Positions 9,321 through 19,435 of a stretch of 64,000 nucleotides of DNA are shown here, piece after piece; positions within the stretch are counted from its first letter, which is position 1, and every line of letters begins with the position of its first letter. The notes under the pieces were generated by a model. That model was given only the letters and a program-made list of their open reading frames with translations. It did not search any database and was not told where the DNA came from. This DNA is from Candidatus Sumerlaeaceae bacterium (lineage in GTDB: Bacteria > Sumerlaeota > Sumerlaeia > Sumerlaeales > Sumerlaeaceae). The stretch covers positions 1-64,000 of the forward strand of contig JBMFRB010000003.1 of NCBI GenBank assembly GCA_049968255.1. The letters are read 5' to 3'. The position numbers and the translations under genes are program-made.

Positions 9321-11555
9321 TCATTGCGGGTAATCAAGCGCTTCGGGGATCATCACAGTTGCCAAGGCTTTGGCTGCGCGGTCCTTGGCCAAGCGGGCCC
9401 CAGTCAGGCAGCCGTCGAGCTTCATCCGGAGGCGCTCAAAATGTTCGAGCCCACAGAAGCGCACGCAGGGGCCCGCCTTGGGGATAAGGTGTTCTTTGTC
9501 GAACACCGCGGCTTGCTCTTCGGCGCCACACGGTAGACCCGGAAGAATGGCTTCCCAATCGTCGAACTGCTCCGCGGAGTAGCAGGTTGCGCAGGGCGAA
9601 TCGTCCCACGCGGGATGCGCATTGTAGCCATGAACAAGCTCGGCGCAAATGCGTCCGCACTCGCCTGCGGCCCGCGCTGCCTGCACGTGGCACAGATCGG
9701 TGAAGAACTGGACAAAGCCTTCCAGCCCTTCGGCCAGGGTCGGATAGTTCGGGCCTTTTTCTTCAAGCTCGACAGCATCGAGAATCTGTTGGCGCGAGGC
9801 CAGAAGCCAGGCCAACGCGTCCGCCAGCGCAAACGTCACGCCCTGGCGGGCGCTCTGATACAGCGGCTGGCCGAGGGCATCCTTGGCCTGCGTGAGGTGA
9901 TCGAGCGTCCAGCGCCACATGGTCATGGCCGTGGCTAACGTGCATGCGCCGGTTCCCGGACGCCGACCCGCAAGTTCGCGCATCTGTTTGGTCCACAGAT
10001 CCCAAAGCGCAAGAAACACTTTCGATGTCATCGTGACGGAAAGCTGCCGGCGCTGAACGGCTTCGGGTCCTTCGTAGGTCGCTTCGAGCTGCGCATCCAT
10101 CCATTTCTGCCCCAAGAACCCCGGGCAGTCCTCGGTGATGCCGTAACCGCCCATGAGGCTGACCGCATCGCGCATAGCATTGGCCCCGAAGCCGCACCAG
10201 AGCTTCGAAGCAGGGCACAGCACGTTAGTTTCGGCGTCGAGAAGCACGTAGCGCACGAGGGGATCATTTTTGAGCTCCTCGTAGCGCAAGGCATCGCGCT
10301 TGTCGGCGGGCACAGCCTCAAGCCCGATGAGCTCCAGCGCACTTTTTTCCACCTCACGCAGTGCGCGCAGCTCAGCACGGCCCCCTCTGATGCCCTTCTC
10401 TGCCAGGATTTTATCCTTCTGCTTTTCGATGGGATCGAACTCGTCGAAGGCACGCGCCGCCGCAAAGCCCAAGCTGGCGCCAGCTTCGCCCATGGCCCAC
10501 ACATCCACGAGCCGATGTAGCGAATCCTCTTTGCCCTGAAGTCCCAGGTCGTAGCGCGGTGAGCCCGGCCCTACATTGCCGCCCCGGAAACGCTGGCGCT
10601 GATAGCGGATGATCGGTTCAATGGCGGACAACAATTTCGCTGGGGTCATGACGGCCACGGTCACGCGCGTGCGGCGGAAGACTGCTTCGATGACTTCGCT
10701 ATGATTATGGCGGGGCACGATCACGCCGTCCACAATGTCATAGCCACCAATGATTCTGCTCGCGGGCACTCGCACAGAAATGACGGGATCACGCGTTGAG
10801 CTAAGCTGGTGGACCAGCTTTTTCGCAGGCGTGCCACGATCGAACACGCCAGGGTCCGTTTCCTCGACGATAATCATGCACGAAGATTTGATACGCGGGT
10901 CAGCCGTCTCCACGGCCACCGTCACGTAGTTCGCAAAGGCCATGTTCGTAATGAAGCGCCCACGTTTTTCCACAAGTAAGATGGGTTCCTTGCCCTCTTC
11001 CCATTCGGCCACGCTGACGCGCCCCGACATGTAACCGGTGTCCACCCCGACGAACGGCAGGGGCTCGGTGAGGGCGAAGGCGCCCCGCATGGGCTTGCGA
11101 TCCTCGCCTGGCTGCGCAGGAGCCATGGCGCGCTGATAGTGGGCGTTCTGCTCCGGCGTGCCACGCTCGTGAATGGGAGCAAGCGCCAGATTGCTGGCGA
11201 GGCTACATGTGGCAGCTCCCGCATCCACCCACGACAGCTCGAACGCAATCAGTGCCGTCACAAGATTCTTCGGCCCTTCGATAAAGCCGCCATACTCGGG
11301 CTCGAGGAACGCAGCAGTAATCCCCGATTCGTCAAAATGCTTCAGTAAGGCTTCCTTTTCTGCGGTCCACTCGTGGCTGTTGCGTCCGCCGGCGGCCACA
11401 AGGCGCGCCACCGGACCACGCGCCACCGCCCGCGTCGATTGCACCAACATTTGGATGTCGTAGCGATCCGCAAAACGCCACATGATGGCACGAACGTCAT
11501 CCGTGGGCAGAGTCTTGAGCGTCTGAGCGTCCGTAACGGGTTTTACCTGGGTCAT
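9321..11555 (-). CDS. Acyl-CoA dehydrogenase family protein (long form, 744 aa)
   Basis: GAFALTEP, RFITN, MGGYGITED and TYEGPEAVQR motifs. Confidence 0.88.
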   Translation of the reverse strand: MTQVKPVTDAQTLKTLPTDDVRAIMWRFADRYDIQMLVQSTRAVARGPVARLVAAGGRNSHEWTAEKEALLKHFDESGITAAFLEPEYGGFIEGPKNLVTALIAFELSWVDAGAATCSLASNLALAPIHERGTPEQNAHYQRAMAPAQPGEDRKPMRGAFALTEPLPFVGVDTGYMSGRVSVAEWEEGKEPILLVEKRGRFITNMAFANYVTVAVETADPRIKSSCMIIVEETDPGVFDRGTPAKKLVHQLSSTRDPVISVRVPASRIIGGYDIVDGVIVPRHNHSEVIEAVFRRTRVTVAVMTPAKLLSAIEPIIRYQRQRFRGGNVGPGSPRYDLGLQGKEDSLHRLVDVWAMGEAGASLGFAAARAFDEFDPIEKQKDKILAEKGIRGGRAELRALREVEKSALELIGLEAVPADKRDALRYEELKNDPLVRYVLLDAETNVLCPASKLWCGFGANAMRDAVSLMGGYGITEDCPGFLGQKWMDAQLEATYEGPEAVQRRQLSVTMTSKVFLALWDLWTKQMRELAGRRPGTGACTLATAMTMWRWTLDHLTQAKDALGQPLYQSARQGVTFALADALAWLLASRQQILDAVELEEKGPNYPTLAEGLEGFVQFFTDLCHVQAARAAGECGRICAELVHGYNAHPAWDDSPCATCYSAEQFDDWEAILPGLPCGAEEQAAVFDKEHLIPKAGPCVRFCGLEHFERLRMKLDGCLTGARLAKDRAAKALATVMIPEALDYPQ

Positions 11556-11808
11556 GATGTAGCAAACCTTCTTTCAGTCTTGAATGCGAGCCACCCGCAC
11601 AAAGTAGCCCGTCTCCTACACGATCTGCCATTGAGTAGCGTCGGGCCCAAGGTTTCGTGTCAATAGAGAACGTCGCGAGGACGAAGTGGGCACGCGACGC
11701 CGCATTGCAGCGGGCAGCGCAAAAACGAATGGTGAAATTCGACGCTGACCTGCGGCGACTCTAAGCGATGCGGATTTTCATTAACGACGGCAGGGCGGCC
11801 ATGGGGGC

Positions 11809-12210
11809 TCAGTCTTGCTGCTGGGAAAGAAAGAACGATCTAAGCTGCAGAAAGCCGGCAGCCGCAAGCAGCCAGCCTGCAATAAAGGCAAGTCCACCAA
11901 ACGGCGTGATGAGCCCCAGAGCGCGCATCTTTGTGAAAGCGAGAAAATAAAGGCTCCCAGAGAAGAGAACGATACCAACCGTAAAGCAAAAGCGTGCCGC
12001 GCGCCACAACTTCAGGGCACGGTCCGCACAGCCGGGCGTGCTGAAGAAAGCACCAACTGCAAGGATAGCCAGCGCGTGAATCATTTCATAGTGCGCCGCC
12101 GTGCGGACAAGTTCGAGCGCCGACGCATCTAGCCACCGACGCAGGCTGTGCGCCGCAAATGCACCGGCGACCACGGCGAGCAAGCCATTGAGCGCAGCGA
12201 AAACGTTCAT
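11809..12210 (-). CDS. DUF423 (YgdD/TMEM256) family membrane protein
   Basis: AVVAGAFAAH, TAAHYEMIHALA, GIVLFSGSLY and ITPFGGLAFIAGW motifs. Confidence 0.9.
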   Translation of the reverse strand: MNVFAALNGLLAVVAGAFAAHSLRRWLDASALELVRTAAHYEMIHALAILAVGAFFSTPGCADRALKLWRAARFCFTVGIVLFSGSLYFLAFTKMRALGLITPFGGLAFIAGWLLAAAGFLQLRSFFLSQQQD

Positions 12211-12464
12211 AGCCACGTCGCGGCGGAAACGGGGCGAAGCGGACATGTATGGTGTGTCCATATGCGTTTCTCCGTAAGGCTTGTGCAAAACGGATATGTG
12301 ACCATATCAACGGCTAAGCAAGCAAGCTTTCCCACGGTGTAAGGAGCTGGAGACGCAAATCTCAAGACTTTGAAGTTGCCGTGGCTAACAGTACCGACGC
12401 TTGCTGGGGCACGGTTTGAAAAGCTGCCTCGATTTTCGACATGTTGGCGGGATCCGTGCACGCC

Positions 12465-13832
12465 TTATGCCTCGGCGAACAGGTCGTACGTGTCGGCGTC
12501 GGTGATTTGCACATCCGCAAAGTCGCCCACACGCACTCCTTGCGGCGCGCGAATAATGACCGCTCCATCCACTTCCGGCGCGTCATGGGGTGTGCGGCCG
12601 ACGTAAGTGCCGTCGTCGAGCTGAGCTTCGACGAGAACCCTCATCGTTTGCCCGATCTTTTCGCGGTTGAGTTGCTCGGCGATCGTGGCCTGCGTACGCA
12701 TCAGGCGATCGAACCGTCGGCGCCGCGTGGTGGCACTGACCAGCGGCATGAGATCGGCTGCCGGCGTCCCCTCCTCGCGCGAGTACTCGAAAGCGCCAAG
12801 GCGCTCGAAGCGATACGTTTTCACACCGCGGAGGAGATAATCAAAGTGCTCACGTTTTTCCGAGGGAAACCCAACGATGAACGTCGTGCGAACAGCAAGG
12901 TTCGGCACGCGGCTGCGCACCCGCTGCAAAAGGCGTTCGATGTTCACGCTGACGTGTGGCCGTTTCATTTGCCGCAGAATCTCCGGATGGAGATGTTGAA
13001 GCGGCATGTCGAGATAGGGCACAATTTTTGGCAGGGAGCTCAACGCATCGAGAAATGACTCGGTCACCCCCCCGGGGTAGAAATAATGGAGGCGAATCCA
13101 AAAATCCCCGGGAATTTTGGCGAGATCACTCAGCAATTGCGCAATGCCATAAGTTGAATCATAGAGGTCCTTGCCATAGTCGCTAGTATCTTGCGCCACA
13201 AGGCAAAGCTCCCGCACTCCCCGGGTCAGCAGCCGCCGCGCCTCGTCCAGCACCACCTCACGCGGCACACTTTTCAAGCGTCCTTTGAAGCTCGGGATAG
13301 CGCAGAACGTGCAGTTATGATTGCAGCCATCGGCGATTTTCAGATAAGCGTACGGACGTGGTGCGCCCAGTTCCTTGCGGGGCGTTTTACGGCGCACGAC
13401 GGTCTCCGGTAGCTCGCGCACCAGGTTTACTGCCGTGCCCAACTGGCCATGGGCCACGAGCTGCGCCAATCGCTCGAAGTCACCCACGCCGAGAAAACCG
13501 TCGACCTCCGGCAACTCGGCCGCCAACTCCTCGCGATAACGTTGCGAAAGACAACCCGACACGAAGACGCGCATGGGGCGGCCTTCAGCCGCGGCCTCGC
13601 GCTTGCGTTTGAGCCACTGTAAAATCGTCTCGATGGATTGAGCTTTTGCGCTATCAATGAACCCGCAGGTATTAATGAGGACAGCATCGAAAAAATCATT
13701 CGGGCCGGGCTCGAGAGCGGCTGCGAAAACTTTCGCCCCCTGCTTTTCCAGCAGCCCTGCGAAGTATTCGCTGTCCACCGTATTCTTGTCGCATCCGAGT
13801 GTCACAATGCCAATTTGCATAGGCGTCGGCAC
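12465..13832 (-). CDS. rimO: Ribosomal protein S12 methylthiotransferase
   Basis: TLGCDKNTVDSE, NTCGFIDSAK, radical SAM GCNHNCTFC and a TRAM domain with DAPEVDG. Confidence 0.95.
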   Translation of the reverse strand: MPTPMQIGIVTLGCDKNTVDSEYFAGLLEKQGAKVFAAALEPGPNDFFDAVLINTCGFIDSAKAQSIETILQWLKRKREAAAEGRPMRVFVSGCLSQRYREELAAELPEVDGFLGVGDFERLAQLVAHGQLGTAVNLVRELPETVVRRKTPRKELGAPRPYAYLKIADGCNHNCTFCAIPSFKGRLKSVPREVVLDEARRLLTRGVRELCLVAQDTSDYGKDLYDSTYGIAQLLSDLAKIPGDFWIRLHYFYPGGVTESFLDALSSLPKIVPYLDMPLQHLHPEILRQMKRPHVSVNIERLLQRVRSRVPNLAVRTTFIVGFPSEKREHFDYLLRGVKTYRFERLGAFEYSREEGTPAADLMPLVSATTRRRRFDRLMRTQATIAEQLNREKIGQTMRVLVEAQLDDGTYVGRTPHDAPEVDGAVIIRAPQGVRVGDFADVQITDADTYDLFAEA

Positions 13833-14214
13833 ACACTTACGCCGGCCCCGAGAAATACTTCAGCTGCTCAAGAGGACCTGCAACCGGGGACCACGTGTCG
13901 CGAAGGACAGGTTTGTGAAACAATCTGTGGGCGCTGCTGTCTCTGCGAGGGGTCGCGAACCTATTATTCTGGCGACGCCCGTGCAAGTGTGCCCATGGGA
14001 AAACAGGCGATCTTTCTCGGAATTTTATGGGAGCAGAACGTCATCGTGTCGCGGCGCGCTCAACGGCTGCCTGTGATCCTCCACCACACAGTTTTTTGCT
14101 TCATGCATAGAATAAATGTCGAAAAAGAACATTTGACAGACAGCAGGGCCGCGCCCAGTAGAGTAGCCTGGTTTTCAGTAAGAAATCTGGAGCAGGAAGG
14201 GCTAAGGCACAATC

Positions 14215-15171
14215 ATGGCGCGTTATGTGATCGGGATTGACGGGGGAGGAACGAAAACGCTCGGAGCTATCGCCGATGAGGAGGGAAAAATCCTCGAGCA
14301 GTACGAGGTCGGCTCGACAAATCACCACTCAAACCCACTGGAAGTGGTGAAAGGAAATCTCCGTGAGCTGATCATGACTTTACTGGCCAAAGCCAACGTC
14401 AAAGCCGAGGATGTGGCCTGCGTGTGTAGCGGCATGGCTGGAGTGGATCGCCCTGACGACAAAGCTCTTGTGAAAAGCATCTTGGCGGAATTCTTGCCGC
14501 ACGCACTGGCCGTGCCCGTCAACGACGGCCTCATTGCTCTTGTGGGCGGCACAATGCGCGCCGTGGGAATCATCGTCATTTCGGGCACGGGTTCGATCGC
14601 CGTGGGAGTGAACAAACGAGGAGTGCAAGGACGCGCCGGCGGGTGGGGGCATATTCTTGGCGATGAAGGCAGCGGCTACATGATCGGGCTGCGGGGGCTG
14701 CGGGCTGTGTGCCGCGCCTACGACGGCCGCACGGACCCAACTCTGCTTCAGGAAATTGTGATGAGCCATTTTGGCTTTGAGCGCCCCGAGCAAATTCTTG
14801 GTTGGACCAAGCAGATTCAGGGCAACAAAACGGAGATTGGTGCGCTCAGCCGCCTTGTGCACGAAGCCTACTTGCGCGGCGATGCCACAGCAGGTCAGAT
14901 TCTACGTGAGGAGGCGGACGAGCTCGCCCTGGCCGCCGTCGCCGTGGCTAAAAAGCTATTCCCCGACGACAACGATTTTGAAGTGGTGGTGGGAGGTGGC
15001 AACCTGCGCAAAGCGCGCCATTTCTTCGAAATGTTTCAGGCTGCGGTGGCTAAACGTCTGCCAGGCATCCCCGTGATCATGCCGCGCCGCGAGCCGGTCG
15101 AAGGGGCAGTGATCTACGCGCTTGACCAACTACGCCATTTTGAGACCGCAGCAACTGGCGCCACAGCCTAA
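14215..15171 (+). CDS. BadF/BadG-type N-acetylglucosamine/N-acetylmuramic acid kinase-like protein
   Basis: IGIDGGGTKT, GMAGVD, ISGTGS and RAGGWGHILGDEGSGY motifs. Confidence 0.88.
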   Translation: MARYVIGIDGGGTKTLGAIADEEGKILEQYEVGSTNHHSNPLEVVKGNLRELIMTLLAKANVKAEDVACVCSGMAGVDRPDDKALVKSILAEFLPHALAVPVNDGLIALVGGTMRAVGIIVISGTGSIAVGVNKRGVQGRAGGWGHILGDEGSGYMIGLRGLRAVCRAYDGRTDPTLLQEIVMSHFGFERPEQILGWTKQIQGNKTEIGALSRLVHEAYLRGDATAGQILREEADELALAAVAVAKKLFPDDNDFEVVVGGGNLRKARHFFEMFQAAVAKRLPGIPVIMPRREPVEGAVIYALDQLRHFETAATGATA

Positions 15172-15237
15172 AAAAGGCTATGGCGTTGATTTCTCCACCG
15201 TTCTCACGCAACGGTGCGCCCGGGCAGAGCGCGGCAA

Positions 15238-15780
15238 TCAACCCTTCCTTTGCTGCAACCATTCTCTGCCGCGTTCGGTGATCTCCCACACACCGCGCGG
15301 CGAGCCGGCTACAAGCAACCCTTCTTTGACAAGGCGGTAACGCGCCGACTGTGCAGTAGAGGTCCAACGCAGGCATCTCGAATTACTGGGAATAGGTTCT
15401 GAGTCTCCCGGTTTGAGCATGGAGCGCATTCTCTTGTGCACACCACCGAGAACCTCGCGCGTTTTTGCACGGCCGCCCCGCGCGACGAGCTCCTCTAAGA
15501 TGGGCTCGAAGAATTCCTCAAGAGGTGTGCGCTGATCGGGGGGCAGGCGATGCCGCCGCGTCTTTTTAGGCGGGCCCGCCAGAAGCTCTTGCCACTCGTT
15601 GGTAAGGCCCTCCATTTTTTTGCGGAAATCCCCAATGTCCTTTGCCCGCGCTGCAAGACGATTCGCTTCTTCGTAATCACCCTCGGTCAAAGCCAGTGCT
15701 GCAGATTCTCGCATGCGTTTCTCCGCATTGTCGAGCGCTTCGGCCAGCAAGGCAAAAGCTTCTCTCACTTCGTCATCCAT
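15238..15780 (-). CDS. Helical N-terminus plus Mrr N-terminal winged-helix domain protein (no nuclease domain)
   Basis: TPLEEFFEPILEEL...GG...RW...AQSARYRLVKEGLL...SPRGVWEITERGR. An alternative start lies at 15846. Confidence 0.75.
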   Translation of the reverse strand: MDDEVREAFALLAEALDNAEKRMRESAALALTEGDYEEANRLAARAKDIGDFRKKMEGLTNEWQELLAGPPKKTRRHRLPPDQRTPLEEFFEPILEELVARGGRAKTREVLGGVHKRMRSMLKPGDSEPIPSNSRCLRWTSTAQSARYRLVKEGLLVAGSPRGVWEITERGREWLQQRKG

Positions 15781-16118
15781 GAGTTGCTTCCTCTCACCCT
15801 CCTCGAGATTCTCCTCCTGGGGAGCCTTGGTTATGATTTCCCTCATCGTTCACGTTTCCGAGTGTCAAGCATGGAACAGCTTACCCCGTCCTGCCGCCCA
15901 GCGGACGTGGCGCGTAAGGCGCTCGTTTGTGCCTGCGCCACCGGCTGAGTGTGGCAGGACGTTCGATATTGACGTAGCTTGTGTGTTCGGCAACGTTCAG
16001 GGTTCGACACTGTACGAAACCAATAGCTACGACAACGGCAACCACGGGCTGTGGGACGGACGGAAACGAAAGCTGAGAAGCGACTTGAAACAGGGAAAGG
16101 CAAAAGAGGAGAGAAGCG

Positions 16119-16691
16119 ATGCGGCATATTGTTAATAAATTATTTTCAGCGTTTGCTCATTTGATAATAAATGATTTGTTTATTCGTGCGCTGGTGCTTG
16201 CGTGTGCACTCACACTTTTTCTGAGCGGGTGCGCAGTGCTGCCGAAATGGAACATCGGTGGCAAAAAAGCCGAGCCCCCAAAGCAAAAGCTGTCGCCGTT
16301 CTCGTGGGCCAAGGAAAGTGTAGAGGCCGACGGCCGAGGTATCGCTCCGGCGACAATAAAAGAGGAACCGCAGCGGTCGCTGGCTGCCAAGCAGGCGGCC
16401 AAAACTGCTGCGATCGCCGGACTCAAGCACCGCGTGGCGCGTCTCGCGATTACGGGTAGCCAGACCGTCGGCACGGCCATGGCCATCAATCTCAGCGTCA
16501 AGCGGGCCATCGAGAAATATCTCCAAAGCGCCGAAGTCGTTCATGAAAAGGAAATCGAGCCAGGCGTGTGGGAAGTGCGATTGCGGGCCCCGCTCGCACC
16601 AATCTCGGATATTCTACTCGACCATCGCATCACGCCGGAAGGGATTCCTGTGATGCCGGTGGCGGAACAAAAAGTACCGCGCGAAACCTGA
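16119..16691 (+). CDS. Lipoprotein, LPP20-like
   Basis: Lipobox LFLSGC. VEADGRGIAP...AAKQAAKTAA resembles LPP20/FlgP-type folds. The true start may be TTG 16176. Confidence 0.65.
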   Translation: MRHIVNKLFSAFAHLIINDLFIRALVLACALTLFLSGCAVLPKWNIGGKKAEPPKQKLSPFSWAKESVEADGRGIAPATIKEEPQRSLAAKQAAKTAAIAGLKHRVARLAITGSQTVGTAMAINLSVKRAIEKYLQSAEVVHEKEIEPGVWEVRLRAPLAPISDILLDHRITPEGIPVMPVAEQKVPRET

Positions 16692-16955
16692 GGAGTGGCG
16701 GCCGTTCTGCGCTTAGTTGCGGTCCGCAACGCGTCCGCGCGTCGTCGGCTGAGCTTACGCAAGCCACATTCACAAGGCAGGTGCTTTGCTGAAGAGTCTA
16801 CGCGCGGCAGCGGCGAATCACGAGGGCCTCTCGTCAACACCCTGCACCATATTATGGGCCTAGTGAACTTGCGCGATCACTTTTTCTTTGAAAGCGGGTC
16901 AACACATTGCGCGAAGACAAGGGAGTAAGAGTTACTTCTGCAGAAAGGGTTTTGC

Positions 16956-17981
16956 ATGGCAAAATATCTCATCACCGGTGGTTGCGGCTTCATTGGCAGC
17001 AATCTCACCGCCGCGCTACTCGCCGACGGTGAACATGTCACCGTGTTCGACAATCTTTCGCGCGCAGGCACGGAGCGCAATCTCGCCTGGCTGGAATCTT
17101 TGAAAGCCCCGCGCTTTCGCTTCCTCCGCGGCGATGTCCGCGACTTCAACACTTTGCGCGACCTGCTCGCTGCTGAGGATTTCGATGTCGTGTTCAACAC
17201 CGCCGCGCAGGTGGCGGTAACGACATCTGTTGTTGACCCCCGCACTGACTTTGAAGTGAACGCGCTTGGAACCTTCAATGTGCTGGAAGCCGTACGCCTG
17301 AGCGGCCGAAAACCGATCTTTTTCTTCACTTCCACAAACAAAGTTTATGGCGGTATGGAGGATGTGAAAATTGTCGAGCGCAACGGCCGTTACGACTACG
17401 AAGATCTTCCTCATGGCGTGCCGGAGTCGCGCGGCCTGGATTTCCACTCACCTTACGGGTGCTCGAAGGGGGCCGCCGATCAATACGTGCGCGACTACGC
17501 GCGCATCTATGACATTCCTAGCGTCGTCTTCCGCATGAGCTGCCAGTATGGCCCGCGCCAGTTCGGCAACGAGGATCAGGGATGGGTGGCGCATTTTATC
17601 ATCGCCGCGCACAAGGGACGCGACATCAACATCTATGGCGACGGCAAGCAAGTGCGCGACATTCTTTATGTGGATGACCTCGTGCGTGCCTTCCGCATGG
17701 CGGCGGCTGCAATTTCGAAAACAGCAGGCAAAATCTACAACATCGGTGGCGGACGCGACAACACGATAAGCTTGCTGGAGCTTGTGGCCGACCTCGAACA
17801 GCTCGTCAGTCGCAAGATCACTTTGCACTTCGGTCCATGGCGCCCGGGTGATCAACCCGTCTACATCAGCGATATTCGACGTGCTCAGGAGGATTTTGGA
17901 TGGACGCCCCAGATCTCAAAAAGCGAAGGCGTGCGGCGTCTGCTTGAGTGGGTTCGTGCCAACAGCGAACTTTTCGCATAG
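16956..17981 (+). CDS. NAD-dependent epimerase/dehydratase, CDP-paratose 2-epimerase-like
   Basis: ITGGCGFIGS, AQVAVTTSV, STNKVYG, SPYGCSKGAADQY and EDQGWVAHF motifs. Confidence 0.9.
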   Translation: MAKYLITGGCGFIGSNLTAALLADGEHVTVFDNLSRAGTERNLAWLESLKAPRFRFLRGDVRDFNTLRDLLAAEDFDVVFNTAAQVAVTTSVVDPRTDFEVNALGTFNVLEAVRLSGRKPIFFFTSTNKVYGGMEDVKIVERNGRYDYEDLPHGVPESRGLDFHSPYGCSKGAADQYVRDYARIYDIPSVVFRMSCQYGPRQFGNEDQGWVAHFIIAAHKGRDINIYGDGKQVRDILYVDDLVRAFRMAAAAISKTAGKIYNIGGGRDNTISLLELVADLEQLVSRKITLHFGPWRPGDQPVYISDIRRAQEDFGWTPQISKSEGVRRLLEWVRANSELFA

Positions 17982-18014
17982 ACACTTTCACCCCCAGCAG
18001 GTGAGATAGCTGCT

Positions 18015-19307
18015 GTGCATTGGCCGAGATTCAGGCAGGAGGCGCATCGCGCCCCCGTGCATCGGGTTGCTGTCGGTGAGGACAGTATCATCCGGACGGT
18101 GCTGGGGGTATTGTTTCTTACGCTTTTCGCGTTGGCGATTGTCGTGCCGTTTCTCTACATGGTCATCATCTCGCTGAAGTCGCCTTCGGAGATGGGCAAC
18201 GGCCGATTGGTGCCCGAAGCCCTCGTGGATTTGTTACGCTTGCGACACCGTGAAATTGTCTTGCTGCGCGCTGAGCTCTCGGACGAACAGCTGGCCAGCC
18301 TCAATACCGCACCCGGTGCGCCCTTTGTGCCCGTCTTGGCCTCCCCGCCGCCCATGCTCAAAGACATGCTTGTGCCCACTGTGCCTCGCGAGACGCTGTG
18401 GGCTCGCCGCGTAGCGCTGGAAAAACCATCGGCTGCCGCCCACCATGTCGTTGCGCTGCTCGAACTGCGCGATCCAGAGAAAAAGCTTCGCCGCGTAGAT
18501 CGCTTTGCACTGCTCTGTCCGCACCCGTCGGGAAACGCCTGGCAGGCGGTCGAAGTGTCACGAGTACCGCATAATTTCAAAACACTTTTGGGACGCCTCT
18601 TTATCAACTACCGCGCCCTTGTGCGCTGGGACGTCCTGGCCCAAGGCCGCTTCCTCGACTGGCTTTCCCACGGTTATCCCCGATGGTATCTCAACAGCCT
18701 CTTTGTGGCCGCCGCCACAGTGCTTTTGGGTATTTTCTTCGATTCTCTGGCGGCCTTTGCTTTTGCGAAATTTGATTTTCCTCTCCGCAGACCGTTGTTT
18801 GCTGTGCTCGTCGCTACGCTCATGATTCCTTACCCTGTCACGCTTGTGCCGTCGTTTTTCATTTTTGCCAAACTCGGGCTCTACAATACCTATGCGGCAC
18901 TCATCATTCCCGGGCTCGTCAGCGCATTCGGCATTTTCCTTGTCCGCCAATACATTCAGACGATTCCCAACGACCTTGTGGCAGCAGCCCGCGCCGACGG
19001 CGCTAGCGATTTTGAGGTTTATCGCTTCGTTATACTGCCGACGGCGCGGCCGGTGCTCGCCGCACTCGCTGTGTTCAGGTTTCTGTGGCAGTGGAACTCT
19101 TATCTTTACCCACTCATTCTTACCAATCGCGACTCGATGAAAACGTTGCAGCTCGGACTGGCCACGCTCCAGGAAGCATTCGGCACACTCGACTACGGTC
19201 TCCAAATGGCCGGTGCCACGCTTGCCGTGATCCCCATTCTTCTCATCTATCTCGTCATGCAGCGGCATTTCATTGCCGGCATCACGATGGGGTCAGTCAA
19301 AGGTTAG
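18015..19307 (+). CDS. Carbohydrate ABC transporter permease (MalG-like) with a large loop insertion
   Basis: PFLYMVIISLK, YLNSLFVA, AAFAFAKFDF, EAA-like IPNDLVAAARADGA and a C-terminal QRHFIAGITMGSVKG. Confidence 0.88.
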   Translation: MHWPRFRQEAHRAPVHRVAVGEDSIIRTVLGVLFLTLFALAIVVPFLYMVIISLKSPSEMGNGRLVPEALVDLLRLRHREIVLLRAELSDEQLASLNTAPGAPFVPVLASPPPMLKDMLVPTVPRETLWARRVALEKPSAAAHHVVALLELRDPEKKLRRVDRFALLCPHPSGNAWQAVEVSRVPHNFKTLLGRLFINYRALVRWDVLAQGRFLDWLSHGYPRWYLNSLFVAAATVLLGIFFDSLAAFAFAKFDFPLRRPLFAVLVATLMIPYPVTLVPSFFIFAKLGLYNTYAALIIPGLVSAFGIFLVRQYIQTIPNDLVAAARADGASDFEVYRFVILPTARPVLAALAVFRFLWQWNSYLYPLILTNRDSMKTLQLGLATLQEAFGTLDYGLQMAGATLAVIPILLIYLVMQRHFIAGITMGSVKG

Positions 19308-19435
19308 TTCCCTAAGGTCAGCAAGCATTCCCCAAGGGAATTTCCCCCGTACCACACACGAATCTACCATGGCGCCTATGCTACGACGACGGGGCGGCGC
19401 CGCGCACGCGCACGCTCGGTGGGAAAGGAACGCAC

